Assembly: GCA_038889075.1 (NCBI GenBank)
Contig: JAWAHS010000002.1
Span: 298,224 to 362,223 of the forward strand
Reading direction: 5' to 3'
Length of the DNA: 64,000 nucleotides
Source: Ignisphaera sp.
GTDB taxonomy: Archaea > Thermoproteota > Thermoprotei_A > Sulfolobales > Ignisphaeraceae
In this document: in pieces, positions 19,955-29,484 of the stretch
Position numbering within the stretch: position 1 is the first letter of the stretch
Layout of the letters: each line of letters opens with the position of its first letter
Made by a program: the position numbers and the translations under genes
The notes under the pieces: model-generated
Seen by the model: only the letters and a program-made list of their open reading frames with translations
Told to the model about the DNA's origin: nothing
The model's database searches: none

Positions 19955-21436
19955 CTACACCCTACTCTGTTTGAATACTGTATACAGTGCTAATAGTATG
20001 AAGAGAAGTAGTGGAAATGTAATTATGTAAAGTATTATGATATCGATTTCGATAGGTAAGGGTGTGCTACCTCTAACAAGAAGCACTATAGGTGTAAGGG
20101 CTATGGATGTCATTGTGAGGAGTAGAACATAGGGTGATAGACCTAATGCTTTTAGATTAATCGTACCTAGAGTGTTCACGTTTTTATGTATTCTTATATG
20201 TGCCAGGAGATACTTTGCACTATATAGTATTGTAAGAGAGGTCTCAATCGATATTATGATTATTGTGAAGAGGTAGATCCAATCTTTAGCGATGTAGTGG
20301 AGTAGTGCTGAGAATATTAGCACCTTTGCTAAAAAGCCTATGGCTGGCGGCATTCCAAATATAAATAGAATTGATAGTATTGCTGAGAGCGACTCTATTG
20401 GAGCAACTCTATATATGTAGCCAAGACTATCAATATTTCTTTCATGTGTCAGCAATTCAATTACGCCAGAGTCGATAAATAGTGTAGCTTTATAGAGTGC
20501 ATGGGCTACTGAGAAGGTTAGAGCAGCATATATAAACGTGGGATCAGCAGATTTTATATAGAATGCAATAAGTATTGCTATTACACCAGTATTAGATATG
20601 GTGCTATATGCAAGAAGCCTCTTGATATCACGTTGATATATTGCCTGAAGAGCACCATATACTGCAGCCAGCGATCCAAATACGAAGAGTATTGAAAAAG
20701 CCGTACCTGCATCTATTGCAAAGTGGCTTAAGATTACAAATCCATATATCCCCATCTTAACCATTATACCAGATAGAAGGGCTGAGATGGGAGCAGGTGC
20801 CATAGAGTGGGCATCAGGTAGCCAGAAGTGGAGAGGTACAATAGCAGCCTTTGCCATAAAGCCTAAGAGTGCAGTTATTGTCAGAGCTGGTGATGCTAAA
20901 TCTAGATTCAGCTCTAAGAGAGTTATGGTTAAGATATTCTCGAAGTTGGATACCGCTAAAATTAGGAAGAGCGCTATATCTGTTGGAATCATTGAGAAGA
21001 TCAGGTACTTTAATGAGGCATTCATAGCCCGTGTATCGATTCCGACTAGTGTATCGTACGCTATTGCAAGAAATCCTATGATTTCAGACATTAGCCAAAA
21101 CATTACGAATTCTAGAAGGTATTTCGAACTCAGTGTTGCTATTATAGATATGGTAAGACCGTCTACCAACAGCTGAAGGGAGTTTGATCCATACTTTTCA
21201 CTTGAGTAGCCAGCTGTGTAGAGGGATACTATGAGTGAGACTAAAATCGACGTTAAGAGGAGTATTGATTGAAAGAAACCATAACCGATAATAAGGTTCA
21301 GGGAGAGAAGCATTAAGTATCCAGATATTTTTAGCAATCCTACAGAGAATCGACTCCTAGTCCCTGCATTCCCAATAAGGATCACTACTGTAGATAGCGA
21401 ATACAGTAGGTATCTACATAGATCATTCATCTCCAT
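19955..21436 (-). CDS. Mrp/complex I proton-conducting membrane subunit (MnhA/NuoL-like)
   Basis: KAAIVPLHFWLPDAHSMAPAPISALLSG, DIKRLLAYST, HALYKATLF. Confidence 0.88.
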   Translation of the reverse strand: MEMNDLCRYLLYSLSTVVILIGNAGTRSRFSVGLLKISGYLMLLSLNLIIGYGFFQSILLLTSILVSLIVSLYTAGYSSEKYGSNSLQLLVDGLTISIIATLSSKYLLEFVMFWLMSEIIGFLAIAYDTLVGIDTRAMNASLKYLIFSMIPTDIALFLILAVSNFENILTITLLELNLDLASPALTITALLGFMAKAAIVPLHFWLPDAHSMAPAPISALLSGIMVKMGIYGFVILSHFAIDAGTAFSILFVFGSLAAVYGALQAIYQRDIKRLLAYSTISNTGVIAILIAFYIKSADPTFIYAALTFSVAHALYKATLFIDSGVIELLTHERNIDSLGYIYRVAPIESLSAILSILFIFGMPPAIGFLAKVLIFSALLHYIAKDWIYLFTIIIISIETSLTILYSAKYLLAHIRIHKNVNTLGTINLKALGLSPYVLLLTMTSIALTPIVLLVRGSTPLPIEIDIIILYIITFPLLLFILLALYTVFKQSRV

Positions 21437-21484
21437 ATTGCTTCACATCTCCCTAGCCGCTATAGCCTTTACACGTTCTATCAT

Positions 21485-23050
21485 CTAGCTAATTGTAAGC
21501 GTTCTAACTATATATGTATTATAGTTATTCACTACATCAAACCCTATACCAAGTACAAATTCCATAAACGGTCTGTAGAGAAAGAAAGCCGTGCCCAGTA
21601 CTACGACTAGCGTGAGTAGAGTTAGTGACGTAGTATATGGAATTGCAATATCTTTAATTATCGGCTGGACAATACCCTTTGATACAATAATTCTATATAG
21701 TATTTTGAAGTATCCAGCTGCAGCTATACCTGATATAACTAACACTAGTACTGCATATATAACAGTACCAAGCCTTACACTTGACAGGACTAGAAGAGCT
21801 TTACTCCAAAAACCTATGAATATAGGTATGACACCAAATAGATTCAGAATACCTCCACTGAATATTGCAACGATCATCTTCTTCAGCTTTAAAGAGCCTA
21901 GACATTCGACAGTCCTTCCACAGCATACTATCGATATACCTGCTAAATAAAAGAGTATCGCATCTCCTAGGGAGTTGGAAAGAATATGGAGTACAGCTGA
22001 TGCTATTCCCTCTATATTATCTAGTGAGATGCCCAGTAGAGCAAGGCTGAGTTGCACCATGGTGCTATATGCTATAAACCTCTTTACATCCCTCTGAAAG
22101 TTCATAAGTAGAGCTCCAATAAGTGCTGATATGATAGCCAGCACTCGAAGAAGCAATAGAATGGAGGCTCTAAAGTCTGCTAAGACGCTATCGTATCCAA
22201 AGATTGTATATAGAATTCTCATCAATCCATAGAGACCTACAGTATCCGCTATTGCTGTAAATGCCGCGGCTATAGGTGTTGGTGCTTCACCATATGCATA
22301 GGGTTGCCATGCAAAGTTTAGAGGAAATATAGCTGATTTAAATAGAAAGACCCACACCATTAATGATATCGCTACCTTTGATGACACTATGATATCGCCA
22401 AATGTAGTACCTGTAAACTCTGTTACTGCATTCGGATTTCGTGTCTTGAGAGCTATATCAGCCATATTTAGGGTTCCAAAAGAGCCATATATGATAAATG
22501 TGGAGAGGAGATATAGCGAGGTCACCATCATTCCTGAGATGGCGTATCTCAGTGCGGCCCGGATGGCTCTTGGGCTATCTCTATAGAATGCGGTAAGTGC
22601 ATAGGATGAAATTGCTAAAAGTTCTAGTGATACAAAGAAGTTGAATATATCACCTGTATACAGGCATCCAATAGAGCCTGTAGCCATGAGAAATAGTAGC
22701 AGGTAGTATAGGTAGAGCCACCTGGATCTAATCATCCACGAACTGTATATAGATGTAAGGAATAGCATAAACATTGATAAGGTACCCAGAAAGGCACTTA
22801 ATCTATCAACAGTATAGACTATTCCTAGGGGAGCTGGAAATCCTCCAAATCTATAGACTAAAATACCGCTGTTAAGTGTTAGGATGAGGATATAGAGACT
22901 TATTATGAAGGCAATTAGGCTAGCAGTTATGGAGAGTATCGTATAGATTCTCCTATCCTTAGTTATAAATGAGAGTATGGTCACAGATATAGCTATACTC
23001 ATCAAGTATATTGGGAGAAAACCTAGGAGAAGTATAGTCACGGGATTCAC
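21485..23050 (-). CDS. mnhD: Mrp antiporter subunit D (MbhH-like)
   Basis: FGGFPAPLGI, TGDIFNFFVSLE, GTLNMADI, KSAIFP. Confidence 0.88.
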   Translation of the reverse strand: MNPVTILLLGFLPIYLMSIAISVTILSFITKDRRIYTILSITASLIAFIISLYILILTLNSGILVYRFGGFPAPLGIVYTVDRLSAFLGTLSMFMLFLTSIYSSWMIRSRWLYLYYLLLFLMATGSIGCLYTGDIFNFFVSLELLAISSYALTAFYRDSPRAIRAALRYAISGMMVTSLYLLSTFIIYGSFGTLNMADIALKTRNPNAVTEFTGTTFGDIIVSSKVAISLMVWVFLFKSAIFPLNFAWQPYAYGEAPTPIAAAFTAIADTVGLYGLMRILYTIFGYDSVLADFRASILLLLRVLAIISALIGALLMNFQRDVKRFIAYSTMVQLSLALLGISLDNIEGIASAVLHILSNSLGDAILFYLAGISIVCCGRTVECLGSLKLKKMIVAIFSGGILNLFGVIPIFIGFWSKALLVLSSVRLGTVIYAVLVLVISGIAAAGYFKILYRIIVSKGIVQPIIKDIAIPYTTSLTLLTLVVVLGTAFFLYRPFMEFVLGIGFDVVNNYNTYIVRTLTIS

Positions 23051-23550
23051 CCAAAGATCTTCTTTGCAAGCTCTTCAAACTTCCCTGAAATAATCTTTCT
23101 AGCCTCAATAGCATCTAGTGTAGCAGTTTCTATCCAGTGTATAAATAGTATCTTCGACTGTTTATCTACGTATAGAGTAAGGGTACCTGGTGTATTTGTT
23201 ATCGATAGTGCTAGGAGTGTTAGACCATAATCCGATTCAATAGTATATGGAATTGCAATTATGGAAGGTCTAAGCCTTCCACTATCCATTAATATTATTC
23301 TGGCCACCTCTATATGGGACTTCACTGCAGCGTATATAAAGTATACAAGATACTGCAATAGGTAGACTATCTTCGTAAGGTCTCTCAATTGAATAGCTCT
23401 AGCAAGTAACATCCTATCAAGTGCTACCGCCATGAGAGCTGAGATTATAATACCGAATAGTATCGTAAACATCCTTATGCTACCTGTGGAAATTATGTAG
23501 AAGGTGAATATGATTGTGAATATTGCCAGTTTATTCAAGAGTCTCTTCAT
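23047..23550 (-). CDS. mnhE: Mrp antiporter subunit E
   Basis: LLALSITNTPGT, LFIHWI. Confidence 0.9.
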   Translation of the reverse strand: MKRLLNKLAIFTIIFTFYIISTGSIRMFTILFGIIISALMAVALDRMLLARAIQLRDLTKIVYLLQYLVYFIYAAVKSHIEVARIILMDSGRLRPSIIAIPYTIESDYGLTLLALSITNTPGTLTLYVDKQSKILFIHWIETATLDAIEARKIISGKFEELAKKIFG

Positions 23551-23953
23551 AGGCTTCAGCCTCCTCTGTTACGTGTATGTCTGTAGTTCCATAGTGTTTG
23601 TAGTACATTAGAATTAGGCTCAGCAGAAACATATTGCATGCAATTCCTATTACAATTGCTGTAAGGATCATGGCTTGGGGAAGAGGATCAACGGCCATGC
23701 TGATAAGCCTTTCAATATCCCTAACCGATGTGGGTATGTCTTCAAGTATCGGTGGGGATGGGTAGGATCCTGGAATATATCTGAAGCCTATAAATATCGC
23801 AAAGATGTTTATAGAATCTGTAAACATTATCAGACACAGAAACTTCTTTATTAGTGAAGGTCTCGAAAGTACTCCATATAGAGCTATAGCGGTATTGAAT
23901 ACAAATGCTATCATGGCTGTTCTAAAGGCGAGTGAGATGAGAAGGTCACTCAT
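23531..23953 (-). CDS. mnhC: Mrp antiporter subunit C
   Basis: VDPLPQAMILTAIVIG. Confidence 0.92.
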   Translation of the reverse strand: MSDLLISLAFRTAMIAFVFNTAIALYGVLSRPSLIKKFLCLIMFTDSINIFAIFIGFRYIPGSYPSPPILEDIPTSVRDIERLISMAVDPLPQAMILTAIVIGIACNMFLLSLILMYYKHYGTTDIHVTEEAEAYEETLE

Positions 23954-24758
23954 ATGCCTCAGCTACTTCATTGATGTTCTTCAGTTCATCTTCTCTGAGA
24001 ATCAACACCATTATTGCAAATGTTAAGCCTGAAAATACTATTAGGAATTCAAATAGATTGTATAGAAATATGGAGCCAGCAAGAGGTGTATCGAGGAGGG
24101 TTCTGGGCATTGATAGTATCGAGTCGTTCTTAGCCATATTCTGAAGTATATAGGCATTTGAACCGGAGAGCACCCCTATAATAACTATGGATAGGGAGGT
24201 AAGTACTATTGCTAGAAGACCGGAGAGTCTCAAAAGCATGAGTTTTGATGTATTTAACCCCCACTCATATAGATACTCTATGGAGAAAACAGCGGTAGCT
24301 AGTGTTGCTGCTACAACAGCTATAGCTCCTCCCTGAAATCCTCCACCGGGTGTGAGATGTCCATGGATAGCGGTTGCAAGTCCGTATACCACTATAAGTG
24401 GTATGATTATCTTTGTAGCGCACTTCGCAATATCGGATAGACCTTTAGCACCAAGCCCCCTTAGCTCTATATATCCTCGTAGAACTACCAGTATGGCTAC
24501 TATGGAGGCAAATAGAACGGTAGTTTCATAGATAGTGTCCAGTCCTCTATAGTCCCACACAATAGCTGTTACAGCATTTAGTGAAAATGATGTCAATCCG
24601 ATGCTCCATGGATTGTATGAGTTTAGAATAAAGCTTGCTCCAATGGATCTGAGATCTGTAGGTGTTATTGGACCCAGTCCTTCAAAGGTGATTGTAAGGG
24701 AAAGTGCTAAGACTAGTAGTGCTAGGGAGAGTGCCAGTATAACATCCTTTCTATTCAT
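23946..24758 (-). CDS. mnhB: Mrp antiporter subunit B (MbhE+MbhF-type fusion)
   Basis: NAVTAIVWDYRGLDTIYE, HGHLTPGGGFQGG. Confidence 0.9.
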   Translation of the reverse strand: MNRKDVILALSLALLVLALSLTITFEGLGPITPTDLRSIGASFILNSYNPWSIGLTSFSLNAVTAIVWDYRGLDTIYETTVLFASIVAILVVLRGYIELRGLGAKGLSDIAKCATKIIIPLIVVYGLATAIHGHLTPGGGFQGGAIAVVAATLATAVFSIEYLYEWGLNTSKLMLLRLSGLLAIVLTSLSIVIIGVLSGSNAYILQNMAKNDSILSMPRTLLDTPLAGSIFLYNLFEFLIVFSGLTFAIMVLILREDELKNINEVAEAYE

Positions 24759-25018
24759 CTTTCAAACCTCTCTGTCTTTTTAACTAGTAGGAATAGTAGA
24801 AGTGGAACAACACCTACTGAAACAGGTATATATGTCAGTACAAGGTCGGGAGCCATTAACAGAAGGTATAGCAGTGAATATGAGATGCCTTGAGTAAGTG
24901 TAAGAACTGTAGCTAAGAGTAGATCACGCTCCTTAACAACCAGATATGTTATGAAGACCGATAATAGGGATGAGTATATGATGACTATGTATGGAATTAG
25001 GGATATATCTATTGACAT
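24755..25018 (-). CDS. MbhD/DUF4040 Mrp-associated subunit
   Basis: RDLL.A...LL.APDL motif; three TM segments. Confidence 0.82.
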   Translation of the reverse strand: MSIDISLIPYIVIIYSSLLSVFITYLVVKERDLLLATVLTLTQGISYSLLYLLLMAPDLVLTYIPVSVGVVPLLLFLLVKKTERFER

Positions 25019-25389
25019 AATCCACCCTCTACTTTATTCTCAAGTGCATCATACAGTAGAGGCTTTCTAGGAGCTTGACACATTATATATGCTGCTTTAG
25101 CAAGGCTATGGGCACCTGTTGGCGCTAGAATCAGAATAAGTACTGCTCCAGCTATGGATGTACCAGCTAGATAGAACCTATGAACACCGAGATCCTCAAG
25201 AGCTAACGAAAGTAGAGCCACACCTATTAGTGGAAGGACAGAGCCACCGATAGCCCCAATAGTTACAGCATGAATCCTGGTAAAGAAGTTTGGAAGCTTT
25301 AAAACACCAATAGCACTTACAATATCAAAAAAAGCACCTACTATAATTGCTGTAAGCCCTACTATTGAAAGCACCGTGTCCACAACCAT
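25009..25389 (-). CDS. mnhG: Mrp antiporter subunit G
   Basis: PNFFTRIHA, APTGAHSLAKA. Confidence 0.9.
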   Translation of the reverse strand: MVVDTVLSIVGLTAIIVGAFFDIVSAIGVLKLPNFFTRIHAVTIGAIGGSVLPLIGVALLSLALEDLGVHRFYLAGTSIAGAVLILILAPTGAHSLAKAAYIMCQAPRKPLLYDALENKVEGGLCQ

Positions 25390-25392
25390 TAT

Positions 25393-25674
25393 TTAGTCAC
25401 CCATCTCCTTGGCCTCAATATACTTAGATACATAGAGGTCCAGAGCATGTATCCATAGAGTTAGGGCTATGAGTCCAGAGGCTACTATAGGTCTCCGTAG
25501 GAAAAGTGCAAGAAGAGCTATGAATACAGAAAGATCATAGCTTAGAGCATCTAGAGCCAGAATTCTATCAGGTATCGTAGGACCCTTAACCAACCTGATT
25601 ATATATAGTATAGATGATAATAGATAAACCGAAATGACGATACCAATAACACTGTATATCACATCTATATCCAT
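25393..25674 (-). CDS. mnhF: Mrp antiporter subunit F
   Basis: RLVKGPTIPDRILALD. Confidence 0.92.
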   Translation of the reverse strand: MDIDVIYSVIGIVISVYLLSSILYIIRLVKGPTIPDRILALDALSYDLSVFIALLALFLRRPIVASGLIALTLWIHALDLYVSKYIEAKEMGD

Positions 25675-25847
25675 AGGTGAAACCTAGTAGATAGTAATAT
25701 CCAAAACCTTAAAACTATAACTCCTAATCAGCTAGAGCTACACTACTGAATGAAAGCAGCTATAAAAATCCAGATATAGCTATAGGAATCAACCTACCAA
25801 ATTATGATAGCCGGATATACACCTTTCAATACCCAATCTATTTATCG

Positions 25848-25888
25848 CTAAACTCCTCTCTACCCTAAATGGTGAGGCTCGGTTGCAA
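25848..25888 (-). repeat. Degenerate copy of IS200/IS605-derived hairpin repeat
   Basis: ctaaactcctctctaccctaaatggtgaggctcggttgcaa. Confidence 0.5.
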
Positions 25889-25975
25889 TCAGACTTATGC
25901 AACTCCAATAACTACATACTGCAGTAGCACGATGTATTAAAAGTATATAACGGGGAGAAAGGATTAGGCTATATA

Positions 25976-26032
25976 TTGATGATGAGTGGCGATGGCAATG
26001 ATAGGTGATTGAACCGGATAGATGCCTGAATT
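25976..26032 (+). ncRNA. Candidate C/D-box methylation guide sRNA
   Basis: ATGATGA(25979)-gtggcgatggca-ATGA-tag-GTGATTGA-accggatagatgc-CTGA(26029); TATATAA box at ~25944-25950. Confidence 0.62.
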
Positions 26033-26184
26033 GTATTAGATAATATTGAGCCGGCTTGTACGGTGCTATTAGATCAATAGTATCTGAGTTCTTTTTCTAT
26101 ATTAAAAATACTGCAAAACCTAATGCTGTATCTATTTCACCTAAATTTATTAGAGGGATTTAGAATATCTTCATAGTATCCTAG

Positions 26185-26925
26185 GTGGTTTGGTATATGT
26201 CAATCTCTACGGAGCTTTTGTATCAAGTTGATAGCTATTTAAAGGAGTTCGAGGCTAGGGTTGTAGAGGTTTTGGATAGAGGTATTATATTGGATAGAAC
26301 GGCGTTCCACCCTAGAACAGGTGGCGTTGCTAATGATCTTGGCACGATTTTTATTGAGGGTAGGAGGATGGATGTTACGGATGTTTACATCGATAAAGAG
26401 AGAAAAGTTGTAATCCACACAGTTGAAGGATCTCTAGAGGGTGTAGAGCCTGGTATGGTGGTCAAGGGTGTTATTGATTGGAGTAGGAGGTACAGGTTGA
26501 TGAGGCTTCATACAGCTGCACACATACTTGCAGCAGTTATGTATAGAGAGTATGGTGCTCTTATAACTGGTGGTAGTGTAGAGCCGGACTACGCATACGA
26601 TGATTATGGTCTGGAGAGGTTTGATAGAAAAATATTTGAGGAGGTTGTTCTAAAGGCTAATGAAATTGTCAGACGTGGTGTGGAGGTAAGGATATACTGG
26701 CTTAAGAGAGACGATGCTCTTAGGATACCCGGTATAGTTAAGCTTGCAGAGAGAATGCCTCCTGAAGTAGAGACTCTGAGAATAGTTGAAATACCCGGTA
26801 TAGATATACAGGCTGATGGAGGACCTCATGTAAGGAATACTGCAGAAATTGGTGAGATAACGATGATCAGAGCTGAGAATAGAGGAAAGAATAGAAAGAG
26901 ACTCTACTATACAGTAAATCCATAG
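26185..26925 (+). CDS. alaXM: Alanyl-tRNA editing protein AlaX-M
   Basis: LDRTAFHP..GG...D.G, HTAAH, DGGPHV. Confidence 0.92.
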   Translation: MVWYMSISTELLYQVDSYLKEFEARVVEVLDRGIILDRTAFHPRTGGVANDLGTIFIEGRRMDVTDVYIDKERKVVIHTVEGSLEGVEPGMVVKGVIDWSRRYRLMRLHTAAHILAAVMYREYGALITGGSVEPDYAYDDYGLERFDRKIFEEVVLKANEIVRRGVEVRIYWLKRDDALRIPGIVKLAERMPPEVETLRIVEIPGIDIQADGGPHVRNTAEIGEITMIRAENRGKNRKRLYYTVNP

Positions 26926-27221
26926 ATATAGCGTACCGCCTACCTTTGTTACATAAACCACCTACTGTGGTTCTCGGCTCTACTACCACCTTTACTATTT
27001 CTCTGCGGCAATTCTTGAAATTCTCGGACACTCCTTAAATTCCTGAAGACCACGGTCAGTATCTTACTACTATCAAGCCTCTAGTCCTAATAGTCAAACA
27101 GTGCTAGAACATCAGACGGACCCAGCTCAAATCGTGCTTGGAACCCAGCTTTAGTGAAGGGATAAGGTGTAGCAATTTTCAGTATCCAGATACATGAAAT
27201 CGTAGCCTAGATCTCAACCAT

Positions 27222-27782
27222 CTATAGAAATCCTGCTAAGCCTAGTATTAGTCCTACTGCTGCCGATATCAATATGAGTACTACCGGATCGATATTGAAT
27301 TTTACAATAGCAATGAAAATCGCTACAGCCATTAGTACAGTTACCGCTGCTTGGTTGAGATTCAACCCTTTAAATACTCCTCGTATAACCGTTATAAATG
27401 CTGACGCGATTAATCCTATCACAGCAGTTCTAATACCAAATAGTATACTTCTCGTAACTATGTGCTGATAGAAGTTTGTTAGTATAGTCGCTATAGCTAG
27501 TATAACTGTAAATGCTGGCATGACAACTCCCATAGTGGCTATCAGAGCCCCTGGAACTCCTCCGAGTTTGTAACCTATGTATGTTGCAGAGTTTATTGCT
27601 ATTGGACCTGGGGTAGATTCGGCAATTGCAATTACATCTATGAACTCATCTTCAGAGAGCCATCTATTTCTATCTACAACCTCGTATTTGAGTATGGGAA
27701 TCATCGCATAGCCGCCGCCAAACATAACGGAGCCTATCTTTAGAAATGTTATGAATAGCGTAAAGAGTATAGTGAAATTCAC
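27222..27782 (-). CDS. Short-chain chromate ion transporter (CHR family)
   Basis: FGGGYAM, AESTPGPIAIN. Confidence 0.88.
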   Translation of the reverse strand: MNFTILFTLFITFLKIGSVMFGGGYAMIPILKYEVVDRNRWLSEDEFIDVIAIAESTPGPIAINSATYIGYKLGGVPGALIATMGVVMPAFTVILAIATILTNFYQHIVTRSILFGIRTAVIGLIASAFITVIRGVFKGLNLNQAAVTVLMAVAIFIAIVKFNIDPVVLILISAAVGLILGLAGFL

Positions 27783-27802
27783 AAGGATCGCCAGAGGTGT
27801 GA

Positions 27803-28480
27803 CTATGGCATCTTTTGAAGTCGTTCTCCTGTTTTTAGCAATATCTTAGCGATTTCAATAACATCATCTATGGTATAGGCATAGAAGGTGGGTCTTACAT
27901 CGACTTCATTGCATCCCCTCCAGCATATGAGTATGGATATAGCTCCTAGCTGATTAGCTGGAGCAATATCGTATTTAGTATCACCAACAACTATAGCCTC
28001 GTTAGGTTCAATACCAATTTTTTTCATAGCTTTAAGAAACATTTCAGGGTCGGGTTTTCTTCTAATAACCTCATCGCTTCCAACATAGTCGTCGATAAGA
28101 TTAATTATACCAGTATTCTTAGTTACCGCTTCTATAGTCGCTCTACTAGTCGATGATGCAATAGCGATTCTAAGCCCTAGTTCCCTAAGCTTCCGAATAC
28201 CATCAACAACGCCTGGAAATGGTGTAATGCTGTCTATCTTTTCAAGATATATTCTCCTCTTTAACTCTGCCAAGTTCTTTGCCTTCGATTCATCGCCAGT
28301 TATAGTAAGTGCTATATCTTCTGCAGCTAAACCAACCAAGTCCTTAATCATATTGATTGTGGTGCTATCTAGCTTTGCAGATATTCCAAGCAGTTTACAT
28401 GCTTCAATCCATGAAATTAGATGGATATTGACACTATCTACAAGTGTTCCATCGAGATCAAAAACAATTCCTTTTATTAT
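27803..28480 (-). CDS. HAD-superfamily phosphatase; start extended to a probable ATA
   Basis: 43 in-frame codons upstream of the track start contain motif I (IKGIVFDLDGTLVDS); also ASS, KPDP, VGD. Confidence 0.85.
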   Translation of the reverse strand: MIKGIVFDLDGTLVDSVNIHLISWIEACKLLGISAKLDSTTINMIKDLVGLAAEDIALTITGDESKAKNLAELKRRIYLEKIDSITPFPGVVDGIRKLRELGLRIAIASSTSRATIEAVTKNTGIINLIDDYVGSDEVIRRKPDPEMFLKAMKKIGIEPNEAIVVGDTKYDIAPANQLGAISILICWRGCNEVDVRPTFYAYTIDDVIEIAKILLKTGERLQKMP

Positions 28481-28681
28481 TGTACATCACCTACTTAGAG
28501 AGGTTTGCAATCCTAAAGCTAATAAGCTTTAGCATCCAACAACTTACCACTAGACTTACATTAACAATAGATGGCCACTCAACTACCAATTTATGTATAG
28601 CCTTGTACTCTATCTATTCAGTATCCTAGCTGTAGTAGCTTCTTAGCTGAAAGCCTCGTTATTTTGTAAAGTATGTTGGCT

Positions 28682-29344
28682 CTAGTCAGCACATGTGTAT
28701 CTATATCCGCCAAAGCTGATTCTATCTATATCTAGGTTCAGCATCTTTGCAAGGGAGAGTATCAGTCTAGCTGTTAACCCCCGTGCAATTCCCATAGCAG
28801 CTTCGCATACATCTGAGATTTCTGAACCGAGATAGTTGGGAGCTGTTTTATCAAATAGTATTTCAGCTGATGGTGGTATGCCCTCTTCACCAGCCCAGAC
28901 AACTAATACCACAGGTACCTTCGGCAAAGCGTATATCTTTACCGCAGCATCTCCAATTTCAATGGGTTGGTAGTTAAAGGGTTTAGCAGCCCTGTATAGA
29001 AGTTGTGGATCTGATCCAAATAAACTCTCTACAGCCTCCATGTTCTTCCTCAAATTTGGACAGTGGATGAATGGACACAGCTGACGCGATAGCGATACGA
29101 GTTCACCTACTTCCTCAATCTCATTTCTAGTCTCCGAGTATAAGGACAGTATATAGTATAGACTTATACATTCTCTATCCGTTAAAAATCTTTCGAGAAT
29201 CTCATCGTATACAGAACCATCTACAAGATTCAGTCTCAAACCAAAGAATCTAAGCTCGTTGTCCTTTTCAAAACCAAGCCTTCCAGGGAGACTCCTTATC
29301 TTATCCCTGGCCCTCTCCCAAGACCACTGCTGCCAAAAACCCAC
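28682..29344 (-). CDS. DUF3786-like protein
   Basis: GDAAVKIYALPKVPVVLVVWAGEEGIPPSAEILFD matches recalled DUF3786 core. Confidence 0.75.
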   Translation of the reverse strand: MGFWQQWSWERARDKIRSLPGRLGFEKDNELRFFGLRLNLVDGSVYDEILERFLTDRECISLYYILSLYSETRNEIEEVGELVSLSRQLCPFIHCPNLRKNMEAVESLFGSDPQLLYRAAKPFNYQPIEIGDAAVKIYALPKVPVVLVVWAGEEGIPPSAEILFDKTAPNYLGSEISDVCEAAMGIARGLTARLILSLAKMLNLDIDRISFGGYRYTCAD

Positions 29345-29484
29345 TGGAGATCACCAAGGCTATCCTACGTATACAGACCTATTAAGTTTTACGTTAAGAG
29401 GTTTTAGCCAGCATGAAATCTACACGTTAATCTATGTACTGCTGGTAATGGAAATAGTCTGGGGAATTGGTTGTACAACCACTA

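Noticed and set aside
18837-25674. Membrane-bound hydrogenase (Mbh/Mbx) call
   Set aside because: No NiFe large/small subunit, NuoH-like or ferredoxin-like genes in the operon
26960-27170. Possible gene remnant or sRNA downstream of alaXM
   Set aside because: No consistent reading frame or complete box set could be established by eye
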